Translations under genes and position numbers: made by a program | The notes under the pieces: generated by a model | Seen by the model: only the letters and a program-made list of their open reading frames with translations | Told to the model about the DNA's origin: nothing | The model's database searches: none | Assembly: GCA_035291645.1 (NCBI GenBank) | Contig: DATDRQ010000310.1 | Span: 1-58,289 of the forward strand | Direction of reading: 5' to 3' | Source of the DNA: Anaerolineales bacterium | GTDB taxonomy: Bacteria > Chloroflexota > Anaerolineae > Anaerolineales > UBA4823 | DNA length: 58,289 bases | Shown: piece after piece, positions 48,439-57,043 of the stretch | How the letters are laid out: the number at the start of each line of letters is the position of its first letter | How positions within the stretch are numbered: the stretch's first letter is position 1

Positions 48439-49169
48439 CGATACCCCCCATTCGAGGCCAGGATATCAATCAGATGGAGCGCCTTGACCTGCGATCCAGC
48501 TTTGCGCAAGCCCCCGCCGATGTTCATCAGGCAACCGGCGTCACAGGCGACCACCGCCTCCGCCCCGGTGGCAAGAATGTTGTTGACCTTGGCTTCCATC
48601 ATCGCCCGGCTGACCTCGGGGTATACCACGCTGAACACACCCCCAAACCCACAGCAGGTCTCCTCTTCCGGGAGAGGGACGATCTCGAGATCGCGCACTT
48701 CGCTCAAGAGCAGCCCGGCTTCCCGGCGCAACCCCAGCCCGCGCAGCAGGTGGCAGGAGGGATGGTAGGTCACCCGGCCGGGGAAACGCGCCCCGACGTC
48801 GGTGACGCGCAGCTGATTGACCAGGAAATCTGTGAACTCGAAGGTCCGCCCGGCCAGGTCTCTGGCGAGTTCATGCTCGCGGGTCCCCTCGGGGAACAGC
48901 TCCGGGTAATGGTGGTGGACCATGTCGACACACGAGCCGGAGGGAGAGACGATCACGGCTTCACTGCGGCCGAAGACCTCCAACCAATTACGCGCCATGG
49001 CGCGCGCCTGGGATTGGAATCCACTGTTATAAAGCGGCTGCCCGCAGCAGGTCTGTTCTGCCGGAAATTCAACCTGCACGTCCAGGCGCTCCAACAGCAA
49101 GACCATCTGTTGCAAGATGTTCGGATAGAACTGTTCGGCCAGGCAGGTAATAAACAACTGTGCTTTCAC
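48435..49169 (-). CDS. lutA: lactate utilisation protein A ((Fe-S)-binding CCG-domain oxidoreductase)
   Basis: Two CCG-type cysteine motifs (..QTCCGQP.., ..ETCCGFGG..). GTG start with GGAGA upstream. Confidence 0.85.
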   Translation of the reverse strand: MKAQLFITCLAEQFYPNILQQMVLLLERLDVQVEFPAEQTCCGQPLYNSGFQSQARAMARNWLEVFGRSEAVIVSPSGSCVDMVHHHYPELFPEGTREHELARDLAGRTFEFTDFLVNQLRVTDVGARFPGRVTYHPSCHLLRGLGLRREAGLLLSEVRDLEIVPLPEEETCCGFGGVFSVVYPEVSRAMMEAKVNNILATGAEAVVACDAGCLMNIGGGLRKAGSQVKALHLIDILASNGGYR

Positions 49170-49222
49170 GGATAGACCAATCTCCAGGCTGGTATTTTAG
49201 CCCACTTCAGTGATTAATTGAG

Positions 49223-49238
49223 AGTGATCATTGTCATT
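49223..49238. promoter_or_regulatory. CRP/FNR-like operator (AGTGA-TCATTG-TCATT) in the divergent lutA-icd region
   Basis: Shares the 13-mer GTGATCATTGTCA with 51693-51708. There are 23 nt to a minus-strand TAAAAT (49199-49194) and 18 nt to the plus-strand TATAAT. Confidence 0.5.
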
Positions 49239-49253
49239 TCGCTGGCGCCCCCA

Positions 49254-49262
49254 TGCTATAAT
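49254..49262 (+). promoter_or_regulatory. extended -10 promoter element of icd (TGcTATAAT)
   Basis: Perfect TGnTATAAT 39 nt upstream of ATG 49301; GAGGAG SD. Confidence 0.5.
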
Positions 49263-49300
49263 TTTCTCGAGACTTTAATACGACGAGGAGACAGGTCAAG

Positions 49301-50602
49301 ATGGGAAATATGATCGCAGCACCGGAGGGTGGAGAGAAGATTATTATCCGGGACGGGCAGCTGCAAGTGCCGGATTTCCCCGTCATCCCTTTTGTCGAGG
49401 GCGATGGGACCGGGCGGGACATCTGGCGGGCCTCCCGGCGTGTCCTGGAGGCCGCCGTGGAGAAAGCCTACCGGGGCAAGCGCAGGATCGCCTGGATGGA
49501 GGTTTACGCCGGCGAGAAGGCTTTCAACTCATCCGGCAGCTGGCTACCCGAGGAAACAGTCGGGGCCTTCCAGGAATATCTGGTCGGGATCAAAGGTCCC
49601 CTGACCACTCCGATCGGGGGCGGGATCCGCTCCCTTAATGTCGCCCTGCGGAAGTTACTTGACCTGTACGTCTGCCAACGGCCGGTCCGCTACTTCCAGG
49701 GAGTTCCATCCCCGGTGAAACATCCGGAATATGTGGACATGGTGGTTTTTCGAGAGAACACCGAGGACATCTACACCGGCATAGAATTCGAACACGGCAC
49801 TCTTGAGAATACCCATTTCAAAGCCTTGCTGCGGGATAATTTTCCCAGCGAATATCAAAAGATCCGTTTCCCGGAGACTTCCGGTATCGGTCTGAAACCC
49901 GTGTCGAAAGAAGGCACTTCCCGTCTGGTGCGGGCGGCGATTCGCTTTGCCCTGGCGAATAAACGCCGCAACGTCACCCTGGTTCACAAAGGGAATATTA
50001 TGAAGTACACAGAGGGCTCCTTCCGCAACTGGGGTTACGAGATCGCCGAGACCGAGTTTGGCGACCAGGTCTATACCTGGAGCCAGTGGGAACGCACCGT
50101 GCAGGCAAAAGGCGAAGCAGCCGCCAACGCCGAGCAAGACGAGGCGTTGAAAGCCGGCAGGCTGCTCATCAAGGACGCCATCGCCGATATCGTCTTCCAG
50201 CAGACTATCACGCGCGCTCGCGAGTTCGACGTCCTGGCGACCATGAACCTGAACGGGGATTACCTGTCGGATGCGCTGGCGGCGCAGGTGGGCGGGATCG
50301 GCATCGCCCCCGGTGGAAACATCAATTACTCCACCGGTCATGCCGTCTTCGAGGCCACCCACGGCACTGCCCCCAAGTATGCCGACAAGGATATGGTCAA
50401 CCCCGGTTCGGTGATCCTCTCCGGTGAGATGATGTTCAATTACATGGGCTGGCCTGAGGCGGCTGGGCTCGTCATTAAAGGCATGGAAGGAGCGATCACA
50501 GCCAAGACGGTGACCTACGACTTCCACCGGCTGATGGACGGGGCGAAACTGCTCAAAACCTCTGAGTTCGGAGACGCCATAATCCAGCATATGGACGATT
50601 GA
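49301..50602 (+). CDS. icd: isocitrate dehydrogenase (NADP), homodimeric prokaryotic type
   Basis: ..[20 protein letters not shown].., ..[21 protein letters not shown].., ..[23 protein letters not shown]... Confidence 0.93.
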   Translation: MGNMIAAPEGGEKIIIRDGQLQVPDFPVIPFVEGDGTGRDIWRASRRVLEAAVEKAYRGKRRIAWMEVYAGEKAFNSSGSWLPEETVGAFQEYLVGIKGPLTTPIGGGIRSLNVALRKLLDLYVCQRPVRYFQGVPSPVKHPEYVDMVVFRENTEDIYTGIEFEHGTLENTHFKALLRDNFPSEYQKIRFPETSGIGLKPVSKEGTSRLVRAAIRFALANKRRNVTLVHKGNIMKYTEGSFRNWGYEIAETEFGDQVYTWSQWERTVQAKGEAAANAEQDEALKAGRLLIKDAIADIVFQQTITRAREFDVLATMNLNGDYLSDALAAQVGGIGIAPGGNINYSTGHAVFEATHGTAPKYADKDMVNPGSVILSGEMMFNYMGWPEAAGLVIKGMEGAITAKTVTYDFHRLMDGAKLLKTSEFGDAIIQHMDD

Positions 50603-50624
50603 GCTCATCCTGGATAAATCACAT

Positions 50625-50653
50625 CCGCCCCATAAGTTCGGGGCGGTTTTTTT
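50625..50653 (+). terminator. rho-independent terminator of icd
   Basis: CCGCCCC-ATAAGTTC-GGGGCGG followed by T7. Confidence 0.8.
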
Positions 50654-50790
50654 CGTTTTCTCGAGAACCGCGATCTATTCAGGAAGGCCTGAGAACAAAC
50701 CGTAGTAAAATACTCGAGAACCCCCGAATTACAGGGGCAATTGCAGGTAGTTTTCAGATCTAAACCAATCAAATCCTGTCGGAGGCTAGG

Positions 50791-51201
50791 ATGGACTCTG
50801 TCAAACTAAACCTTACCGGTCTGGCGCGTTACCGGGGGCGCGAAGGGCAGTTTAGCTTCCTGCTTCACCGCCTGACCGGCCTGGGGACCCTGTTATTCCT
50901 GGTTATTCACATCCTGGATACCTCCACGGTTTACTTCTTCCCTTCCCTGTACTCGCATGCCATCGAGATCTACCGCAGCACCCCCATGATGATCGGAGAG
51001 ATCTTCCTGGTTTTTAGCGTCATTTACCACGGCGTGAACGGGGCGCGCATCGCAATTTTCGACCTTTTCTTCCCGAACCTGTGGAACATCGAGACCCAAC
51101 GCAGCACAGCAGTCTGGACCCTGGCAATCGCCATCCTGCTCTGGCTCCCAGCAGCCTTCTTGATGGGCCGCAGCTTGCTCGTTCATAATTTTGGGCTGTA
51201 G
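50791..51201 (+). CDS. sdhC: succinate dehydrogenase cytochrome b subunit, copy 1
   Basis: ..YRGREGQFSFLLHRLTGLGTLLFLVIHI.. and three TM helices. GGAGG SD. Confidence 0.75.
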   Translation: MDSVKLNLTGLARYRGREGQFSFLLHRLTGLGTLLFLVIHILDTSTVYFFPSLYSHAIEIYRSTPMMIGEIFLVFSVIYHGVNGARIAIFDLFFPNLWNIETQRSTAVWTLAIAILLWLPAAFLMGRSLLVHNFGL

Positions 51202-51213
51202 GGGAAAAAAGCG

Positions 51214-51606
51214 ATGTCTGCGACTACGGAGCAAATCTCGAGACAATCGGTTGAGATGCAGGGCAGTTTTGAGAATACCGCCTGGAGGTGGATGCGCTAC
51301 AGTGGTTTGCTGCTCATCCCGCTGGCCTGGATCCACGTTGCCATACAAGACGTACTGGTAGGTGTGCACAGCATAGACCTGGATTACGTCGCCTTTCGCT
51401 GGGCTTCCCTCGGCTGGCGGGTTTATGATTTCGCCCTGTTGGCCTTCGCCTTCGCCCACGGTGTGAACGGCCTGCGCCAGGTGCTCTTCGACTACATCGG
51501 AAATGATAAGGCCCGCCGCCGGCTTTCCTGGTTATTGCTGGCCTTCTGGCTGATCGTCTCGCTGATCGGGGCTGGCGCGATCGTAGGCGGGGTTCGAATG
51601 GAATAG
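51214..51606 (+). CDS. sdhD: succinate dehydrogenase hydrophobic anchor subunit, copy 1
   Basis: 130 aa with three TM helices. W..MRYSGLLLIPLAWIHV and ..AHGVNGLRQV.. Located directly after sdhC. Confidence 0.6.
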   Translation: MSATTEQISRQSVEMQGSFENTAWRWMRYSGLLLIPLAWIHVAIQDVLVGVHSIDLDYVAFRWASLGWRVYDFALLAFAFAHGVNGLRQVLFDYIGNDKARRRLSWLLLAFWLIVSLIGAGAIVGGVRME

Positions 51607-51692
51607 AATTGACTCTGGCACCGGACCACGTGTAAATATTGGAGACCACTGCATCAAAAAGAGCTCCTAACAGGATATCTGAAACCAATTAA

Positions 51693-51708
51693 TGTGATCA
51701 TTGTCACT
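51693..51708. promoter_or_regulatory. CRP/FNR-like operator (TGTGA-TCATTG-TCACT) upstream of the second sdhCD pair
   Basis: 9/10 match to TGTGA-N6-TCACA. It is followed after 23 nt by AATAAT inside TGcAATAAT (51729-51737). Confidence 0.55.
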
Positions 51709-51801
51709 TTTCTTCGGATGGTGAAAACTGCAATAATGAAATAGATAAGGTAAACAGGGAGTCCTGTTGGCGTCCTTCCGCTGCGCTATTAAGGAGTGTA
51801 T

Positions 51802-52191
51802 ATGAGCCAAAACCGGCAAGTCAGCGCCCTGACCGGGTTCAAATACCGGGGTGGAAACCCGATGTGGGCCTGGATGCTCCACCGCATCACCGGTCTGGGT
51901 ATGGTCGTGTTCATCAGCCTGCATATCCTCGCCTCTTTCTTCATGCAACAAACCGGTAGCCAGCTGGCAACCTTCATCAACACCCTGTACGAATCCTGGG
52001 TCCTGCAGATATTTGTCGTCTTTTTCGTCGTCTACCACGCCCTGAACGGCCTGCGCATCGCCATCCTGGACCTGTGGCCTCAGTTTATGGTCTATCAGAG
52101 GCAGGCTTTGTGGTTGCAGTTGTTCATCTTTGCACCGGTCTATGGCCTGACGGTGCTCATCTTAATCCAAAACGCCCTGGCGGGCAGTTGA
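51802..52191 (+). CDS. sdhC: succinate dehydrogenase cytochrome b subunit, copy 2
   Basis: ..YRGGNPMWAWMLHRITGLGMVVFISLHI.. is collinear with copy 1. AAGGAG lies 5 nt upstream of ATG 51802 (the track GTG is at 51796). Confidence 0.7.
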   Translation: MSQNRQVSALTGFKYRGGNPMWAWMLHRITGLGMVVFISLHILASFFMQQTGSQLATFINTLYESWVLQIFVVFFVVYHALNGLRIAILDLWPQFMVYQRQALWLQLFIFAPVYGLTVLILIQNALAGS

Positions 52192-52209
52192 GATGCGGAG
52201 GTTTAGCAG

Positions 52210-52638
52210 ATGAGCTCCAGAACAGTTCAGTCCGGATTTAATTTCGAATACTTCATGTGGATGTTCACCCGCCTCTCCGGCGTTGGGTTGGTGGCGATGG
52301 CGATGATCGGCTTGTTAGGAGCGCTTGTCCTGGGAGCCAGTACTCAGGTCAACCTGCCGACGCTGATGCGCTGGACGTTCTTCCCGAACCCGAACCACGT
52401 CCAAAGCAGCGTCCCGGATGTTGCACTCGGCTGGGCCAACGGTTTTTGGCAGATCATGCAGATCCTGATCGTTTTCTTTGGAGCCACTCATGGTTTCAAC
52501 GGACTGCGGGCAGTCGTCGAGGATTTCGAGGGGAAGTCCGAATGGAAGCCGTTATTGCGAGGATTGATCTTCCTGCTGTGGATCTTCGTGCTGATGATGG
52601 CGCTTTACATTATCCTGGCCCCTGAGGCGCAAGTCTAA
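52210..52638 (+). CDS. sdhD: succinate dehydrogenase hydrophobic anchor subunit, copy 2
   Basis: 142 aa with three TM helices. ..FTRLSGVGLV.. and ..THGFNGLRAV.. parallel copy 1. GGAGG SD. Confidence 0.55.
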   Translation: MSSRTVQSGFNFEYFMWMFTRLSGVGLVAMAMIGLLGALVLGASTQVNLPTLMRWTFFPNPNHVQSSVPDVALGWANGFWQIMQILIVFFGATHGFNGLRAVVEDFEGKSEWKPLLRGLIFLLWIFVLMMALYIILAPEAQV

Positions 52639-52665
52639 ACAGACATTAATAATCCGTATATTATA

Positions 52666-52697
52666 ATTGTGGGGCAGGCTTGAACCTGCCCCACAAT
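52666..52697 (+). other. 13-bp perfect hairpin between sdhD2 and sdhA
   Basis: ATTGTGGGGCAGG-CTTGAA-CCTGCCCCACAAT followed by GTTATT. A TATAAT (52662-52667) overlaps its 5' edge. Confidence 0.55.
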
Positions 52698-52759
52698 GTT
52701 ATTAAACAGCATTGCCCCTGGTTCAGAAGAGCCTGCGAAGGAGGTCGAAGGATCGCTGC

Positions 52760-54550
52760 ATGAATGTCCATCAGCATGATGTCATCGTGGTTGGGGCCGG
52801 GGGGGCTGGCTTAATGGCTGCACTTTATGCTTCGAAGAGCGCCAACATTGCCGTGCTCAGCAAGCTGTATCCCATGCGCTCACACACCGGCGCCGCCCAG
52901 GGCGGCGTCGGAGCCGCGCTCGGCAACCTCGAAGAGGATCACCCGGAGTGGCACACCTATGACAGCGTCAAAGGCAGCGACTACCTCGGCGATCAGGATG
53001 CGATCGAGTTCATGTGTTTCGAAGCCGTCCAGGCTGTCTACGAACTGGAGCACATGGGCTTACCCTTCTCGCGCACTCCGGATGGGCGCATCGCCCAGCG
53101 ACCCTTCGGAGGACACACCAACAACATCACCGGAAAACCGGTCCGGCGGGCCTGCTACGCGGCTGACCGCACCGGGCACATGATCCTGCAAACACTCTAC
53201 CAGCAGTGTATCAAGAACCGAGTGAGTTTCTTCGACGAATTTCAGGTGCTTGACCTGCTGCTCGTCAACGGGCAGACAGCCGGGGTGGTCGCGATCCAGC
53301 TTTCTACCGGTGAGCTGCATGTTTTTCAATCCAAGGCGGTCATTTTCGCTACCGGCGGTCACGGGCGCATCTGGGAGATCACCTCCAATGCCTATGCTTA
53401 TTCCGGGGATGGGATCGCCATCACGTTACGCCGGGGGATCCCGGCTGAAGATATGGAGTTCTTCCAGTTCCACCCTACCGGCATATTCAAGCTCGGCATC
53501 CTGATCACCGAGGGCGTGCGCGGCGAAGGCGGGGTCCTGGTCAATGACCAGGGTGATCGCTTCATGGAGAAATACGCCCCCAACGTTAAAGACCTGGCCT
53601 CACGCGACGTGATCAGCCGCGCCATGCACCTCGAGATGCAGGCCGGCCGCGGCATCAACGGCAAGCGCTACCTGTACCTGGATGTCCGCCCTGAGACGGT
53701 GAATAAGTATGCCGCCCTGGATGGGCGTAAGCACCCGGACGGTTCACCCTACGTCGTCACCGCCAAGGAGATCCTTTCGAAACTGCCGGACATCGTCGAC
53801 TTCTGCCGGACATACCTGGGCGTCGATCCCGTCTCCCAACCCATGCCGGTCCAGCCGACCGCCCATTATGCCATGGGTGGGATCCCGACCAATAAGTTCG
53901 GGGAGGTCGTGATCGATGAGCACAACACGGTACTCCCAGGCCTGTACGCCGCTGGCGAGGTCGCCTGTGTCTCGGTGCACGGGGCCAACCGCCTCGGCAC
54001 GAACTCGCTGCTCGACCTGCTGGTATTCGGCAAGCATTCCGGACTGCAGGCTGCCGGGTACGTAGCGGGCGCTTCCCTGCAGAAGCTGCCCTCGGATGCC
54101 ACCGATTTCTCCCGCTCCCAGCTGGATGCTTTACTCACTTCAAAGGGAAAAGAACGCCCGAACGAGATCGCCGAAGAAATGAAGAAGACGATGAACGATC
54201 ACGTGGGTGTATTTCGGACAGAGGAGGGCATGCAGACCGCCCTCGAATGCCTGCGTGACCTCAAAGAACGCTTCAAACAAGTGCGTGTGGACGACCATGG
54301 CAAGATCTTCAACACCGACCTGCTAAATGCCTGGGAGCTGGGCAACCTGATCGACCTGGCAGAGGTAACCACCGCAGCGGCGCTGGCCCGCAAGGAAAGC
54401 CGGGGTGCGCACGCCCGTGAGGATTATCCGAAGAGGGACGACGCCAACTGGACCAAGCACAGCCTGGTCTGGGCCAGGGGTGATGGGCTGGAACTGCGCT
54501 ATAAACCCGTCGTTATCACCCATTATCAGCCTAAAGAACGAGTTTACTAG
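52760..54550 (+). CDS. sdhA: succinate dehydrogenase flavoprotein subunit
   Basis: [17 protein letters not shown], ..[10 protein letters not shown].., ..FHPTG.., ..RGEGG... ATG 52760 with AAGGAGG upstream. Confidence 0.93.
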   Translation: MNVHQHDVIVVGAGGAGLMAALYASKSANIAVLSKLYPMRSHTGAAQGGVGAALGNLEEDHPEWHTYDSVKGSDYLGDQDAIEFMCFEAVQAVYELEHMGLPFSRTPDGRIAQRPFGGHTNNITGKPVRRACYAADRTGHMILQTLYQQCIKNRVSFFDEFQVLDLLLVNGQTAGVVAIQLSTGELHVFQSKAVIFATGGHGRIWEITSNAYAYSGDGIAITLRRGIPAEDMEFFQFHPTGIFKLGILITEGVRGEGGVLVNDQGDRFMEKYAPNVKDLASRDVISRAMHLEMQAGRGINGKRYLYLDVRPETVNKYAALDGRKHPDGSPYVVTAKEILSKLPDIVDFCRTYLGVDPVSQPMPVQPTAHYAMGGIPTNKFGEVVIDEHNTVLPGLYAAGEVACVSVHGANRLGTNSLLDLLVFGKHSGLQAAGYVAGASLQKLPSDATDFSRSQLDALLTSKGKERPNEIAEEMKKTMNDHVGVFRTEEGMQTALECLRDLKERFKQVRVDDHGKIFNTDLLNAWELGNLIDLAEVTTAAALARKESRGAHAREDYPKRDDANWTKHSLVWARGDGLELRYKPVVITHYQPKERVY

Positions 54551-54565
54551 ACAGGTTGATTGTAT

Positions 54566-55270
54566 ATGCAAGTAACCTTACGCATCCTTCGCTTCAATCC
54601 TGAAAAGGATGAGAAACCACATTTTGAGAAATATGAGGTCGAAGCAGATCCAACCGATCGCGTCCTTGACCTGTTGGAGCATGTCAAGGGACGGATCGAT
54701 GGGACGCTTTCATTTCGCCGCTCCTGCGCCCATGGGGTGTGCGGTTCCGATGCGATGCGCGTCAACGGACGCAACTACCTGGCCTGCAAGGTCCTGGTTA
54801 AAGACTTAAACTCTTCGAAGATAACCGTCGAACCGATGCTGGGTCTGCGGGTGCTTAAGGACCTGATCGTGGATATGGAGCCGTTCTTCGAGCACTACCG
54901 CTCGGTGTTGCCGTACTTCATTAACGATGAACCCCCGCCCAACCAGGAACGGCTGCAAAGCCCGGAAGAGCGCGAGCGCTTCGACGACACTACCAAATGT
55001 ATCCTGTGCGCCGCCTGCACCACCTCCTGCCCATCCTTTTGGGCGAATGAACGCTACGTCGGGCCGGCCGCCATCGTCACCGCCCACCGCTTTATCTTCG
55101 ACAGCCGGGATACCGCCGCCGCCGAGCGGTTGAATATCCTCAACGACCAGTTCGGAGTTTATCGCTGCCATACCATCTTCAACTGTACCGAGGCCTGCCC
55201 GCGCGATATCCAGGTGACCAAGGCGATCGGTGAGGTGAAGAAAGCCATCGCCACCGGCCGGCTGGATTAG
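54566..55270 (+). CDS. sdhB: succinate dehydrogenase iron-sulfur subunit
   Basis: 2Fe-2S CAHGVCGSDAM..C, 4Fe-4S CILCAACTTSCP and 3Fe-4S CHTIFNCTEACP. ATG 54566 (the track TTG is at 54560). Confidence 0.93.
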   Translation: MQVTLRILRFNPEKDEKPHFEKYEVEADPTDRVLDLLEHVKGRIDGTLSFRRSCAHGVCGSDAMRVNGRNYLACKVLVKDLNSSKITVEPMLGLRVLKDLIVDMEPFFEHYRSVLPYFINDEPPPNQERLQSPEERERFDDTTKCILCAACTTSCPSFWANERYVGPAAIVTAHRFIFDSRDTAAAERLNILNDQFGVYRCHTIFNCTEACPRDIQVTKAIGEVKKAIATGRLD

Positions 55271-55289
55271 GATACACGAGTTCCCCGTG

Positions 55290-55298
55290 TGCTATAAT
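55290..55298 (+). promoter_or_regulatory. extended -10 element (TGcTATAAT) upstream of tRNA-Arg
   Basis: It ends 10 nt before the first tRNA base. Confidence 0.45.
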
Positions 55299-55308
55299 TT
55301 GGCCGTCC

Positions 55309-55380
55309 GCCCCAATAGCTCAATGGATAGAGCGAGGCTCTCCTAAGGCCGAGATCCGGGTTCGAGTCCCGGTTGGGGCT
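55309..55380 (+). tRNA. tRNA-Arg (anticodon CCT), CCA not encoded
   Basis: Acceptor GCCCCAA/TTGGGGC, D arm GCTCAATGGATAGAGC, anticodon loop CTCCTAA, T arm CCGGGTTCGAGTCCCGG. Similar to E. coli argW in the anticodon arm. Confidence 0.85.
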
Positions 55381-55455
55381 ATCAAGAAAGGAAAAGTTTC
55401 ACAATTTCTCACCAGAAAAAATCGAATCCCTCTTGATTTTTTCTAAAATTTTTGG

Positions 55456-55510
55456 TATTATTCCGCCGTCAAGCGTCTGGGTGCCCCCCTCACCCAGGCG
55501 TTTGACTATT
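55456..55510 (+). repeat. direct repeat unit 1 containing an 11-bp hairpin
   Basis: TATTATTCCGCCGTCAAGCGTCTGGGTG-CCCCCCT-CACCCAGGCGTTTGACTATT. Confidence 0.75.
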
Positions 55511-55608
55511 AACCAGTCGTTTCACAAACTCGATGTATCTTGTATTATTTTAAGTTAGTTTTTAACAACAGATTCGTAAGAATGCTTGCGTTCGAATCAA
55601 GAATGTGC

Positions 55609-55662
55609 TATTATTCGCCTGGCAAGCGTCTGGGTGCCCCCCTCACCCAGGCGTTTGCTATT
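55609..55662 (+). repeat. direct repeat unit 2 containing the same hairpin
   Basis: TATTATTCGCCTGGCAAGCGTCTGGGTG-CCCCCCT-CACCCAGGCGTTTGCTATT(TTTATT). The 35-nt core is identical to unit 1. Confidence 0.75.
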
Positions 55663-55770
55663 TTTATTAGGTTAGTTCTAGTTCCCTCATCTCGGCGAAG
55701 ATTTCTATTTCACGAATTTTCCGGTAAACTTTAAGGTAGCCCCAAACGCGATTTTTCATAGGAGAATCCG

Positions 55771-57039
55771 ATGCCCCTCGACCTGACCCAGATCCGCGCC
55801 CAGTTCCCGGCTCTCAGCCGGGAGGCTATCTTCCTCGATAATCCCGGTGGGACACAAACCGCCCGCCAGTCGATCGACCGCATTGTGGAGTACTTGACCC
55901 ACCACAACGCCAACCACGATGGCGCCTTCGCGACCAGCATTGAATCGGATGCCATCCTCGACGAAGCCCACCAGGCTGTGGCTGATTTCCTCAACACCTC
56001 CCAGCCGCAGGAGATCGTCTTCGGCGCCAACATGACCACCCTGACCCTGCATATCAGCCGCTCCTTGTCTTGCACCTGGAATCCCGGCGACGAGATCGTG
56101 GTCACCCGCCTCGATCACGACGCCAACGTGACCCCCTGGGTTCTGGCGGCTGAAGATCGCGGCTGCCAGGTGCGCCGGGTGGATTTTCACCCGGAAGATG
56201 GCACGCTCGACCTGTCGGATCTTAAGAAGGCGCTGGAGGGAAGGCCGCGCTTGCTGGCAGTCGGCTACGCTTCCAACGCCCTGGGCACGATTAACCCGGT
56301 GGAAGAGATCGTCGAGATGGCGCACGCTACAGGTACCCAAGTTTACATCGACGCAGTCCATTATGCCCCGCACGGGCCAATCGACGTGCAGCGCCTGGAC
56401 TGCGATTTCCTGGTGTGCTCGGCCTATAAGTTCTTCGGCCCTCACGTTGGCATTCTGTATGGCAAGTATGAACTGCTGGACAAACTGCCCGCTTACAAGG
56501 TACGCCCGGCCCCCAACAACCTGCCCGGCAAGTTCGAGACCGGTACACAGAACCACGAGGGCATCGCCGGGGTGCTCGGGGCGATCGAGTACCTGGAATG
56601 GCTGGGCGAGACTTTCGGTGGAGACTACCAGGAGGCATACACCGGCCGGTATGAGGGCCGGCGCTTGCGCCTCAAGCAGGCTATGGCTGCCATCCGGGCC
56701 TACGAGTTTGAGCTCTCGCGCGCCTTGCTGGACGTGCTGGAGGAGACGCCCGGGTTGACCCTATACGGAATCCGTGACCCGCGTCTCCTGGAGCAGCGCG
56801 CCCCAACTTACGCCTTCCGGTTGAAGGGTCTGCACCCGCTGGAAGTCGCCCGGCAGCTCGGCGGCCAGGAGATCTTCGTCTGGGACGGCAATTACTACGC
56901 CCTCTCGGTGACCGAGCGACTGGGGGTGGAGCAGAGCGGCGGCATGGTGCGCGTCGGGCCGGTGCACTACAATACGGTAGAGGAGATCAATAAATTTGGG
57001 GAGATGTTGGGAAAGCTGGCTACCGCAAGTTCAGAATAG
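55771..57039 (+). CDS. class V PLP-dependent aminotransferase (cysteine desulfurase-like protein)
   Basis: 422 aa. ..FLDNPGGTQ.., ..HDANV.. and the PLP-lysine context CSAYKFFGPHVG. AGGAGA SD. Confidence 0.85.
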   Translation: MPLDLTQIRAQFPALSREAIFLDNPGGTQTARQSIDRIVEYLTHHNANHDGAFATSIESDAILDEAHQAVADFLNTSQPQEIVFGANMTTLTLHISRSLSCTWNPGDEIVVTRLDHDANVTPWVLAAEDRGCQVRRVDFHPEDGTLDLSDLKKALEGRPRLLAVGYASNALGTINPVEEIVEMAHATGTQVYIDAVHYAPHGPIDVQRLDCDFLVCSAYKFFGPHVGILYGKYELLDKLPAYKVRPAPNNLPGKFETGTQNHEGIAGVLGAIEYLEWLGETFGGDYQEAYTGRYEGRRLRLKQAMAAIRAYEFELSRALLDVLEETPGLTLYGIRDPRLLEQRAPTYAFRLKGLHPLEVARQLGGQEIFVWDGNYYALSVTERLGVEQSGGMVRVGPVHYNTVEEINKFGEMLGKLATASSE

Positions 57040-57043
57040 AGGT

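Noticed and set aside
55373-55734. Small ORFs 55373-55558 and 55540-55734
   Set aside because: The first starts inside the tRNA-Arg gene. The two ORFs read the repeated hairpin unit in different frames, so the repeat is not conserved at the protein level.
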